In this document: positions 1 through 8,552 of the stretch, in pieces
Numbering within the stretch: the first letter of the stretch is position 1
How the letters are laid out: each line of letters starts with the position of its first letter
Assembly: GCA_027053075.1 (NCBI GenBank)
Contig: JALUEE010000075.1
Coordinates: forward strand, 1 to 36,553
Direction of reading: 5' to 3'
Source: a candidate division WOR-3 bacterium
Lineage (GTDB): Bacteria > Hydrothermota > Hydrothermia > B15-G9 > WFZT01
DNA length: 36,553 nt
The notes under the pieces: model-generated
What the model saw: the letters and a program-made list of their open reading frames with translations, nothing else
Told to the model about the DNA's origin: nothing
The model's database searches: none
Position numbers and translations under genes: made by a program

Positions 1-46
1 CCTCCTCTACCATCTTCAATATTCTTCTAACTTCTTCTTCATACAT
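1..46 (-). CDS. 5' end of a SHOCT-like/DUF2089-partner protein (runs off the window)
   Basis: Reverse complement of 1-46 reads MYEEEVRRILKMVEEG, with GGAGG SD upstream and directly after the DUF2089 stop; the ILKMVEEG motif resembles the SHOCT-like partners of DUF2089 genes. Confidence 0.6.
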   Translation of the reverse strand, partial: MYEEEVRRILKMVEE

Positions 47-47
47 G

Positions 48-407
48 TTACCTACCTCCCTTTAAAAGTTTAACTGCCTCTTCAGGAGTTATTTCCCCGG
101 ATTCAAGCATATCAAGAACTTCCTTAGAGGAAGTCCTCTCTTCACTTTCATATCCAAGGGCAGCTAAGAGGTTATTTAACTTTTGTTTGGCTGTTGGATG
201 GGACACACCAAGTTCCTTGGCAACAAGTGACAGATTTCCCCGACTCCTCAGGAAAAGTCTCAGAAATTCGAGGTGCTCCTCCTCTAATGAGCAGAATTCA
301 CACGCTTCAAAAGAGCCTCTGATAACAGTTCCACAGGAGGGACACCTGTACTCAACTACCTTTAGCCTTTCACCACAAACCGGACATTTTGTAAGAGCCT
401 TTTTCAT
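48..407 (-). CDS. DUF2089 family protein (Zn-ribbon + HTH + SHOCT-like tail)
   Basis: CPVCG...CPSCG zinc ribbon, HTH 'RGNLSLVAKELGVSHPT', C-terminal 'VLDMLESGEITPEEAVKLL'. Confidence 0.85.
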   Translation of the reverse strand: MKKALTKCPVCGERLKVVEYRCPSCGTVIRGSFEACEFCSLEEEHLEFLRLFLRSRGNLSLVAKELGVSHPTAKQKLNNLLAALGYESEERTSSKEVLDMLESGEITPEEAVKLLKGGR

Positions 408-416
408 GATGCAAAT

Positions 417-445
417 ATTTTAACCATCTCTTAAAAATTTTTCAA
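417..445 (-). promoter_or_regulatory. sigma70-type promoter for the DUF2089 operon
   Basis: Minus strand TTGAAA-17 bp-TAAAAT, 9 nt before the ATG, no SD. Confidence 0.55.
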
Positions 446-557
446 GATTTTGTTTAAATTTTTTGAAGACACGTTTTAACAAACTAAAAATACATTGAAA
501 ATCCCTGACATTTTGCCTCTCTGTGAAGAGAGCAAGAATGCTATTATTTCTGTTACT

Positions 558-1230
558 GAGCCTGTTAAAAAAATACTTGACCCGAAGTGAGAACATTTGT
601 ACTTTTGAATAGCTTCTGACATAGAGGAAGGTTGAATTTATGAAGGATTATTCAAGGTTGAAAGACTTATCCTTCAAGAACATCGAAAGTCTTGTTGATC
701 TTATTGATGATAACCCTTCGTAATAAACGAGGTAGACCCTGAAAATACTCTGGTGAATTTAACCTCGCCCTTCTCTTATATAAAAACCATCCAAAACCTC
801 TATGTTAGAAAGATATTTGGTCATCCCCAGCTATCTCTACTATACACTACAGGTTCTCAAAATTACCGATTTCTATATTAGAGGAGCTATTCAGTAGAAT
901 AGTGTCGCGATTAGGGGGAAGTAGATGGAGTTATTTATACCGGATGGAACAGGGGGTGGATGCAATGGAATGTACAAGAAGAGGTATATAGTGGAGGCAA
1001 GTAATAGGGGGTAAGAATGAGTACAAGGTAGATGCATTGAGGCGAGGAAATTGGAGAATGCGATGAAATACGTGTGGATGAAGTTTTTATCTTACAACTA
1101 CTGGACTAATTGGAAGGCAAATACCTAAAGGTGTTACGAGGTATAATGACAAGTCCAATGGTAATAGTTATTAGCTAAAATTTCTATATTTTTGTTGCTA
1201 TTACGCTAAGATAAATTTTCGAACTGGCTC
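558..1230 (+). mobile_element. degenerate, internally deleted IS (IS5/IS4-superfamily DDE) remnant
   Basis: Imperfect TIRs GAGCCTGTTAAAAAAAT (558-574) and reverse-complement GAGCCAGTTCGAAAATT (1214-1230), 13/17 identity; transposase motif fragments inside. Confidence 0.7.
640..1128 (+). pseudogene. DDE transposase pseudogene (several stops/frameshifts, central deletion)
   Basis: Across frames: MKDYSRLK..., KRGRP*KYSGEFNLALLLYK, PAISTIHYRFSKL, LFIPDGTG (D at 943), YKKRYIVE (973), KFLSYN (1081). Confidence 0.7.
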
Positions 1231-1640
1231 TACAAAAAATGTTTACCCTTTTGCCTTCCTAATCTTTCCAGAATTCTCAGAGCCCCTGTGAAGTTTTCAT
1301 ATTGCAATTCTGATAAAAATAAGTTAGTTCCATTTACATGTATAGCAAATGGAGAAGATTTTTCTTTTTCCCGACCCGGGTTTCTACGGATTTTCCATGC
1401 GTGTTGAGCTTTTCCTGATTTCGTTTCCCCGGGGATGGTAACATAGACGTATTGAACTCCGAGAAGATTTAACATTTTAATCTCGCCGGACCACCACTTT
1501 AATTCCGTCATTTCCACCTCGATTTGCAAATGTTAAGGTCACATAGTGAGTAATGCAAGTTTCTCCTGGCCTTGGTGGAAAAATCCCAGATTTTTAGTTT
1601 TTTAGGGGGATTTTTATTGCCCCGAATCCTCTGCGAGTTA

Positions 1641-2918
1641 TTAGGGCAGGATTGTTATAGTAGATATGCCGCCGCCTCCACCGTCCTCGGTTATTTCATA
1701 GATAATGTATGCTCGTCTGAGCGGTACTTCCGCCCTGAATTCCCCGTTTTGATCAATTTCACCGGCGAGAGGCGGGAAAACTTTCCATATCCCCTTAAAA
1801 TTTGAATTCTCACTGAATTTTATACTTTCACCAATTTTTACAATGGTGTCTCGAGGCTCTATTTCAACTTCATGATTTCCAACAATCAATGGTGTCCTTG
1901 TAAAATCGAGAGGTCTTCTTCCCATGGTAATGAAAATTGTTCCTACTGCACTTTTATTTCCCGCCACAAAAACTGTCTCTGGAAATTTAAATGGGTCTTC
2001 AAATCTGCCGAGCCATTCAGGCTCAACAGACCAGCTGAACATACCTTTTATCTTCCCCACACGATGTCTCATCAAAACTCTGACCGCTATACTTTCCCCC
2101 GGCGCAACCACCGATTTTGGGAGCTCAATCCTCGAGTGGGGCCTGCCGAGAAGAACAAAGGTTTTGCCCGTATAAACCTCGCCATCTTTCCATCCAGTGA
2201 ACCATAAGACACCCCGTCCAACAGATTTTACCGGCACAAACTGAAGTCTGTCATTCACAAATCCCAGCCCTCTGGGCTCAACAAGCCAGTCAACAGAGTC
2301 AAAGTCCTCAATTTCGGGCGAAATATCCAGAGTCACTTTCCCCTTCAATATATCGGGAATGTAAATAGGATTTGGACTAATTGAAACTTTTTTGAATTTG
2401 ATTTCCTCACCCACCGTAACATTTGAAAATCCGAGTCCCCTTTTTCTGTCACATTTAACGATTGCTATAACTTTCCCCTTGCCAAACCTGTTCCCTGCTA
2501 CAAACTCACCATCAAGATTCACATTCCCTATCCACTCCGGTATAACCCGCCAGTTGATAAAGCATCGCTCAGGGTCAACTCTTTCAGGCAATTTAACGAG
2601 AAATTTCATGGAATCTCCCGGCATCAACTGAACTTTTTCGGGAACAACTCGCACACGGAGTAAGCCCCTGTTTCTCAACACTTTTACAAAGGCATATGCA
2701 GGGGGGCCTTTTCTATACAGAACCTTTATAACACCTTCTCCCTGTTTTGTGGCATAGAAATAGTTACCCTTTACATACCCGATTTTGCCGGGAAGTACGA
2801 GAATTTTTTTGACCTTTCCGCCAGTGATGGTAAGTCTTACGCTATCGCCAGGTCTCACAAGAATCCTTTCCGGAGATATGTGTGATAGTAGTATGAGACT
2901 CAGGAGCAGGGCATTCAT
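1641..2918 (-). CDS. exported protein with about five tandem Ig-like (Big_2-like) repeats
   Basis: Short hydrophobic N-terminus; repeat pattern I/V-x-P...PG(D/E)S...W-x-V-x-P-xx-(I/L)G...G-x-F-x-A recurs about five times; ATGA overlap with the anti-sigma gene. Confidence 0.65.
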   Translation of the reverse strand: MNALLLSLILLSHISPERILVRPGDSVRLTITGGKVKKILVLPGKIGYVKGNYFYATKQGEGVIKVLYRKGPPAYAFVKVLRNRGLLRVRVVPEKVQLMPGDSMKFLVKLPERVDPERCFINWRVIPEWIGNVNLDGEFVAGNRFGKGKVIAIVKCDRKRGLGFSNVTVGEEIKFKKVSISPNPIYIPDILKGKVTLDISPEIEDFDSVDWLVEPRGLGFVNDRLQFVPVKSVGRGVLWFTGWKDGEVYTGKTFVLLGRPHSRIELPKSVVAPGESIAVRVLMRHRVGKIKGMFSWSVEPEWLGRFEDPFKFPETVFVAGNKSAVGTIFITMGRRPLDFTRTPLIVGNHEVEIEPRDTIVKIGESIKFSENSNFKGIWKVFPPLAGEIDQNGEFRAEVPLRRAYIIYEITEDGGGGGISTITILP

Positions 2919-3475
2919 TTCTCATTAACCACATAGAAGGTTTTTGTAATACTTTTAAATCCATCTCCCTGTTTGAGGACAGCCTTGAATTCATGATACC
3001 CTTCGTCAAGATACTCTGGCTTTACAACATACACACCGTCATATTTCTTTACCTCGCCTGATAGCAATTCACCGTCCAGCAGGAATGATACCTTCTCAGC
3101 TTTCTCAGGAACCGTTACAACTATTTCTGGACTCTCCGAGCTCAAAACCATCTGATTCACAGGAGTTACAAGTTTGAATTGGCCACCCGTGGCAGTTGCG
3201 GGAATGGAGAGCTTAAAAACTATTGCCGCAATAAAGGCAAGAGCAGCAACAGCAGGGACAAATCTCCAGAAGGTGCGCCTTTTCACTTTGATCTCAAAAT
3301 CAGGCACTGGAATAGTATCAGCGAGCTCGAAGAGCAGCTTTTCGAGTTTTAGCTCCCTTTCATATGTTTCTCTACATTCCGGCTCTCTCTCGATTAGCCC
3401 CTCCACCTCAATTGCCTCTTTCTGAGGCAACTCATTTTTAATGTATTTCAAAATTTTTTCTCTGCACTCTTTCAT
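2915..3475 (-). CDS. membrane-anchored anti-sigma factor (degenerate zf-HC2/ZAS N-terminus, TM helix, C-terminal Ig-like domain)
   Basis: MKEC...YIKNEL...EVEGLIEREPECR, TM 'FVPAVAALAFIAAIVF', beta-rich tail 'FLLDG...LDEGYHEF'; overlaps the ECF sigma stop. Confidence 0.75.
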   Translation of the reverse strand: MKECREKILKYIKNELPQKEAIEVEGLIEREPECRETYERELKLEKLLFELADTIPVPDFEIKVKRRTFWRFVPAVAALAFIAAIVFKLSIPATATGGQFKLVTPVNQMVLSSESPEIVVTVPEKAEKVSFLLDGELLSGEVKKYDGVYVVKPEYLDEGYHEFKAVLKQGDGFKSITKTFYVVNEK

Positions 3476-3948
3476 AGGTATCTCCTCATTTTTTCTGATA
3501 ACATCTGTCTCGCCCTGAAAAGGCGAGACTTTACTGTACCAACATTGATATCAAGAATCTCAGCGATCTCGTTGTAATCAAACCCTTCAAAATAATGGAG
3601 GATAATTACGTCCCTGTAGTGCTGAGGCAGTTCCTCAATCTTTGTCTTCAGGATCGTCTTTAGCTCCTCCTGGTTACCGGTTTTTAAAGTATTTTCCCCC
3701 ACATCTTCTATATAATTTTGATTCAAACGTCCATTTTTTCTAAGAAAAGTATTTGCGGTGTTTAAAGCGATTTTATAAATCCAGGTGTATATGCTTGATT
3801 CATTACGAAAGCTTGCCAGGGCTTTGTAAACCTTAAAAAATACGTCCTGCGTAAGGTCCAGTGCGTCTTCCATATTACCCACCTTCATGAATAGCATTTT
3901 GAAAATCCTATCCTTATAAAGTTCCACAATCTCATCGAACTCAGTCAC
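3472..3948 (-). CDS. ECF-subfamily sigma-70 factor
   Basis: Region 2 'DALDLTQDVFFKVYKAL..FRNESSIYTWIYKIALN', region 4 'YNEIAEILDINVGTVKSRLFRAR'; GTG start. Confidence 0.95.
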   Translation of the reverse strand: MTEFDEIVELYKDRIFKMLFMKVGNMEDALDLTQDVFFKVYKALASFRNESSIYTWIYKIALNTANTFLRKNGRLNQNYIEDVGENTLKTGNQEELKTILKTKIEELPQHYRDVIILHYFEGFDYNEIAEILDINVGTVKSRLFRARQMLSEKMRRYL

Positions 3949-3955
3949 CGTTTAT

Positions 3956-3983
3956 TTAGACCTCGAAAAGGGGATTTTGTTCC
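3956..3983 (-). promoter_or_regulatory. putative autoregulatory ECF promoter GGAAC-N17-GTCTAA
   Basis: Minus strand GGAAC (3983-3979), 17-bp spacer, GTCTAA (3961-3956), 7 nt before the sigma GTG; matches the RpoE-type ECF consensus. Confidence 0.7.
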
Positions 3984-3988
3984 AATCG

Positions 3989-4495
3989 CTAACCTTTAAA
4001 TTTTTTCCCGGGGATGGGAATAAATGGTGGCACCTGCTTTTTATATTTTTCATAGTCTTTTCCAAACTTCTCAAAGGCCTCTTTCTCATCTACACGGTAG
4101 GCAAACCAGACGATGTAGGCTGTTCCCAGAGGCACCATAACAAATGTGAATGTAGGAGAATTCAGGAGGAAACCAATACCGAGGAGAATCAAAATGAATG
4201 CTGTAAACATCGGGTGGCGTACGTAACGATAAATGCCCTGTGTGACAAGTGTATCGGTCGAGCCTCTTGGCATGTCAGGTGAGCTGCGTCCATAAATTTT
4301 CAGGTGATGTCCTCCAATTGAAGCAAGAGAAAATCCAAGAATTAATAGGATAAGGCCAAGATAGAGACCCAGACGAGAGTTAAAAAGATGATGACAGAAA
4401 ATAAATCTATCCCCGAAATAGGAGAGTACGAGCATGGAGACAAATCCAATTACGAGTCTCCTGGACTTCCATTTGAAGTCTTCGGCTACTTTCAT
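3989..4495 (-). CDS. isoprenylcysteine carboxyl methyltransferase/PEMT-family membrane methyltransferase
   Basis: 'LVTQGIYRYVRHPMF' motif, several TM helices, 'FGKDYEKYKKQVPPFIP' tail. Confidence 0.85.
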   Translation of the reverse strand: MKVAEDFKWKSRRLVIGFVSMLVLSYFGDRFIFCHHLFNSRLGLYLGLILLILGFSLASIGGHHLKIYGRSSPDMPRGSTDTLVTQGIYRYVRHPMFTAFILILLGIGFLLNSPTFTFVMVPLGTAYIVWFAYRVDEKEAFEKFGKDYEKYKKQVPPFIPIPGKKFKG

Positions 4496-5061
4496 TTTTT
4501 CACACCCATATTAAGCACGGGAACAAACGGGAATTTGCCGTCTTTAAGCATCTTTGTAGATGAAAAGGCACCGATTTTTACGAAAAATCTTCCAGCAGTA
4601 AGAAAAACCCCTCCCCCGAATCGGAGTGCCTCATATGAATCAAACCCCACCTCGGCCATTAAAGGCTTTATTAAAATTCCACTCATAATGCCAAGACTCT
4701 GTTTTCCCCCAAATTCTCTAAAGTAGGCGGAACCTGTCAGGGGAAATTTAGTATAACCTGCAACAATGTTGAAACCATTGGCATTGATGCTCATTTTATC
4801 AACACCCTGAGGCTTAATGTATCCGACTCCATAGAAAGCCGAGAAATTAATTCCAAAGAATAAGTTTGAAGTGACAAACCTCAAACCTAAACTTAAGTCC
4901 GCTGGTAGGAGGATTGGATCAATTTTTATAAAGACTTTCCTCCCTAACGTCACACCTGCGTCGAAAATGGAAATATGGTACTTTTGGGGAATACTGCCAG
5001 TAGGTACTGTCACGAGTTTCGTCGGATAAATCATATAAAGTGCAAGAATCAAAGCAAACAT
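4492..5061 (-). CDS. hypothetical protein, probable small outer-membrane beta-barrel
   Basis: Likely start MFALILALY (ATG 5061); 'LVTVPTG' then alternating hydrophobic Gly/aromatic-rich strands ending VLNMGVKK. Confidence 0.5.
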   Translation of the reverse strand: MFALILALYMIYPTKLVTVPTGSIPQKYHISIFDAGVTLGRKVFIKIDPILLPADLSLGLRFVTSNLFFGINFSAFYGVGYIKPQGVDKMSINANGFNIVAGYTKFPLTGSAYFREFGGKQSLGIMSGILIKPLMAEVGFDSYEALRFGGGVFLTAGRFFVKIGAFSSTKMLKDGKFPFVPVLNMGVKK

Positions 5062-5062
5062 T

Positions 5063-5677
5063 TCAGAAAAATATCCCCGAAAACGGGAAGAAATAGTCAA
5101 GGTTTTTGTGAAGCGATATGTCGCCCCTTAAATCTGTAATCCTCAATGTATCGCCCTGGATAAACTGTAAAGGATTGTTCGTGGTAACTTTAACAATGAC
5201 CCATATTTTACCGCTTTCTATTGCGTCCTGGAGTTCACGTAGTGAAGCAGCATTCTGTGGAATGTCAGAGAAGGAATGGACTCCGCCGTCAATTTGACCC
5301 GTAAAAATTACAGGAGCATTGACCACGTAAGGAGGTGGTGAGCCGTAAGTGTTTCTAATAGGAAGACACAGATTTTCCGGGCTACAGGCGGCAAAAAGTC
5401 CCACAGAGTCTTCGCCATGGGCGGAAATTTTTATCTCGTATGATACGCGTCCTCTTGATGAAGCCTGATAACTCCATAGAATCTGGTCAAGTGTAATATC
5501 TTCTTCCTTTTCTATTTGAAATTCTCTTGAAACGTAAAACTCAATGCTTCCCACGGTGCTCTGCACACCAGTGAGGGGTAACTTTATTTCGGGAAAAAAT
5601 ACGTGTGTTTCAATATTAGCTCTACATCCACTTGAGAGGAGTGCGACAAATAATCCAAGAAACACAAGCTTTTTCAT
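5063..5677 (-). CDS. hypothetical lipoprotein
   Basis: Start MKKLVFLGLFVALLSSG-C (lipobox) at ATG 5677. Confidence 0.7.
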   Translation of the reverse strand: MKKLVFLGLFVALLSSGCRANIETHVFFPEIKLPLTGVQSTVGSIEFYVSREFQIEKEEDITLDQILWSYQASSRGRVSYEIKISAHGEDSVGLFAACSPENLCLPIRNTYGSPPPYVVNAPVIFTGQIDGGVHSFSDIPQNAASLRELQDAIESGKIWVIVKVTTNNPLQFIQGDTLRITDLRGDISLHKNLDYFFPFSGIFF

Positions 5678-5684
5678 ATTTGAA

Positions 5685-5713
5685 ATTATATTGTGTGACA
5701 TCTTAATCATCAA
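5685..5713 (-). promoter_or_regulatory. sigma70-type promoter, leaderless geometry
   Basis: Minus strand TTGATG-17 bp-TATAAT, 7 nt before ATG 5677. Confidence 0.6.
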
Positions 5714-6084
5714 AGGGATGGGCACCTCTTTGAAAATTTATTCTCCAATTTGCGTTTGGGAAACAGGTGGATATAAACAACCCCTACTTGCTTTGCAAGC
5801 TGAGGCATTGATGAAAAGGGCATTAAGTCCTTCTTCAAGTGATGGGAAAGTGAATTCGATTATTCAAGTTACCCGGAAAATTTGAAATAAGTGCCCTTCA
5901 ACCTTACTCCGAGATGAATTTATGCGGAGGGAAGATGTTTTGTGTTGAATGACCAATTTTTGTAGCCAAATCCCTACCCATATTTTCTGGATTTACACTA
6001 AAAGAAAACTCCAATTGATATAAAGGCCGTATGACTTCAAGAGATTCATTGATTAAGGATTTTTTCGTGAGAAAAATTGTTACC

Positions 6085-6113
6085 TTGACAAATATTACTA
6101 AATCAGTTACAAT
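6085..6113 (+). promoter_or_regulatory. sigma70 promoter of the nifS operon
   Basis: TTGACA (6085-6090)-17 bp-TACAAT (6108-6113); SD GGAGGA at 6168-6173. Confidence 0.75.
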
Positions 6114-6177
6114 TATTTTAGACATCTATGTATAGCAATGCATTAATGAATAGAGAAATTAAAAACTGGAGGAATTG

Positions 6178-7365
6178 ATGATGAGAGAAGTTTACCTTGA
6201 TTACAACGCCACAACTCCGGTAGACCCCAGGGTTGTGGATGTGATGCTCACATTTTTGAAGTACTATTATCACAATCCGTCGTCCCTCTATTCAAGGTCT
6301 AAAGAGGTGAGAAAGGCGGTTGAATCCTCAAGGGAGAAAATTGCCAAACTCATAAATGCAAATCCAGACGAAATAATTTTCACATCGGGTGGAAGTGAGG
6401 CAGATAATCAGGCTCTCAAGGGTGTGGCCTTTTACCTGCAGAAAAAGGGGAAACACATTATTACATCGTCCATTGAACATCACGCAGTTCTTCATACTTG
6501 CAAATTTCTGGAAAAAATGGGCTTTGAAATTACCTACCTTCCTGTTGACCGTTACGGAATCGTTGACCCTGAAGATCTCAAAAAGGCAATTAAACCGGAG
6601 ACAACCCTCATATCAATTATGATGGCAAACAATGAGATAGGGACAATCGAACCTATCAAAGAGCTTGCCGAGGTGGCTCACGACCACGGTGTACTCTTTC
6701 ATACTGATGCAGTCCAGGCAGTAGGGAAAATCCCTGTGGATGTAAAAGAACTTGACGTGGACCTACTCTCTTTATCGGCTCACAAATTTTACGGACCAAA
6801 AGGAGTTGGAGCACTATATATCAAAAAAGGAGTCAGGTTACATCCCCTTATACACGGAGGTTCGCAGGAAAAGAAGCTAAGAGCGGGAACAGAGAATGTT
6901 GCAGGTATTGTAGGCGCCGGGAAAGCTGCTGAAATAGCAATGGCTGAAATGAAAGATGAAGCAGAAAAGATTAAACCTTTAAGAGACTGGCTGGAGAAAG
7001 AGATTAAAGAAAAAATCCCGGAAGTTATTGTTAATGGTCATCCGGAGAAGAGGCTTTTCAATACCCTTAATATATGCGTGAGATATATCGAAGGAGAGGG
7101 AATGTTAGCCCTTCTCGATATGCATGGAATTAGTGCTTCGTCGGGTTCTGCCTGTACATCATCTTCCCTCGAGCCTTCTCACGTGTTGCTTGCAATTGGC
7201 CTTCCTCATGAAATTGCGCACGGTAGCCTTAGATTTAGCTTTGGTAAGTATAACACAGCAGAAGACGTCAATAAGGTGGTGGAGGTCCTTCCAGAAATTG
7301 TAGAGAAACTGAGGGCAGTTTCGCCCTATGGGAGAGAGCATGGTTTTGGAGATTATCAAAAGTAG
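6178..7365 (+). CDS. nifS: cysteine desulfurase (NifS/IscS, group I)
   Basis: YLDYNATT, HTDAVQ, SAHKFYGPKG (PLP Lys), SSGSACTS catalytic loop; start at 6178 or 6181. Confidence 0.95.
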   Translation: MMREVYLDYNATTPVDPRVVDVMLTFLKYYYHNPSSLYSRSKEVRKAVESSREKIAKLINANPDEIIFTSGGSEADNQALKGVAFYLQKKGKHIITSSIEHHAVLHTCKFLEKMGFEITYLPVDRYGIVDPEDLKKAIKPETTLISIMMANNEIGTIEPIKELAEVAHDHGVLFHTDAVQAVGKIPVDVKELDVDLLSLSAHKFYGPKGVGALYIKKGVRLHPLIHGGSQEKKLRAGTENVAGIVGAGKAAEIAMAEMKDEAEKIKPLRDWLEKEIKEKIPEVIVNGHPEKRLFNTLNICVRYIEGEGMLALLDMHGISASSGSACTSSSLEPSHVLLAIGLPHEIAHGSLRFSFGKYNTAEDVNKVVEVLPEIVEKLRAVSPYGREHGFGDYQK

Positions 7366-8539
7366 CTGGGATTTCTTTCTCGAAGTTTCTCCGTACCTAT
7401 TACTTGGATTTTTAGTTGCCGGTGTGCTTTACGTTTTTCTTGGTGAGGAGATTATTAAACGGCATCTTGGCTCAGGGCGCTCATCAGTGGTTAAATCAGC
7501 CCTTCTTGGTGTACCTCTTCCGGTTTGCTCCTGTGGAGTGATTCCAATTGCGGCCTCCTTAAAACGACAAGGGGCAAGCAAGGCATCCGTGATCTCATTC
7601 CTTTATTCAACGCCTGTTACCGGTCTTGACTCGATTCTTGCTACCTATGCTTTGCTTGGACCAGTTTTCGCCGTTTTTAGGCCTATAGCAGCCTTTGTAG
7701 GAGGAGTACTGATTGGACTCGGAGTTTACAAAAAGGACGGCTCAACAGTACTAACAGAATCTGCAACTCACAGGAGAAAAAGCATTCTGGACGGGCTTCA
7801 CCATGCATTTCTCTACATGCCAGGAGAGATAGGTAAATGGATCATCTATGGCGTCCTTCTTGGAGGTATCATTACCGTATTACTGCCTTCTAATATTGGA
7901 GTTTATCTTTCCAATCCCTACCTTGCCTATCCGCTGATGCTTGCAATCTCCATACCACTATACGTGTGCGCAACTGGTTCCATCCCTATAGCTGCAGCAC
8001 TCATTTTAAAAGGGCTAAATCCTGGAGCCGCTCTGGCATTTCTCATTGCCGGGCCCGCTACCAATACGGTGACGATCACCTTTGTCTTTAAGGAACTCGG
8101 TAAAAAGATTGCAGCTATTTATCTTTTAGGCATAGCTCTAAGTGCGACTATTTTTGGAATTCTCCTTGATATGACTGCAAAATACGTGAATTTAAGGATT
8201 CCCCACATTTTGAATGGGACAATGACAAAAAATACCACCATTGAAACAGTTTCTGCCATCATTTTGCTTGGTCTGATCTTGATTGCATGGGCAAGAAAGA
8301 GGTTTAAAAAGGAGAGGAAAATCGACATGAACTTAAAGCTTAAAATAGCCAATATGTCATGCGAAGGGTGTGTTTACACCATAGAAAATAGGCTGAAAAG
8401 ACTTGAAGGTGTAAGGAATGTGAAAGTCACCCTAAGGAACCGAGAGGTTCTTGTTGATGGCGAGGTGCCCACAGAAACTGTGGTTGACGCCATCGAGGAT
8501 GTTGGTTACGAAGTTGAAGGAATGGAGGAATTAAATTAG
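7340..8539 (+). CDS. DUF318/ArsP-type (SO_0444-like) permease with C-terminal HMA domain
   Basis: Two repeats with PLPVCSCGVIP and PLYVCATGSIP motifs, many TM helices, C-terminal 'IANMSCEGC' HMA; probable start MVLEII at 7340. Confidence 0.85.
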   Translation: MVLEIIKSSWDFFLEVSPYLLLGFLVAGVLYVFLGEEIIKRHLGSGRSSVVKSALLGVPLPVCSCGVIPIAASLKRQGASKASVISFLYSTPVTGLDSILATYALLGPVFAVFRPIAAFVGGVLIGLGVYKKDGSTVLTESATHRRKSILDGLHHAFLYMPGEIGKWIIYGVLLGGIITVLLPSNIGVYLSNPYLAYPLMLAISIPLYVCATGSIPIAAALILKGLNPGAALAFLIAGPATNTVTITFVFKELGKKIAAIYLLGIALSATIFGILLDMTAKYVNLRIPHILNGTMTKNTTIETVSAIILLGLILIAWARKRFKKERKIDMNLKLKIANMSCEGCVYTIENRLKRLEGVRNVKVTLRNREVLVDGEVPTETVVDAIEDVGYEVEGMEELN

Positions 8540-8552
8540 AGGAGGAATTTTC

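Noticed and set aside
5544..6125. ORFs 5544-5885 (+) and 5904-6125 (-)
   Set aside because: They overlap a real gene or promoters and have no motifs or RBS
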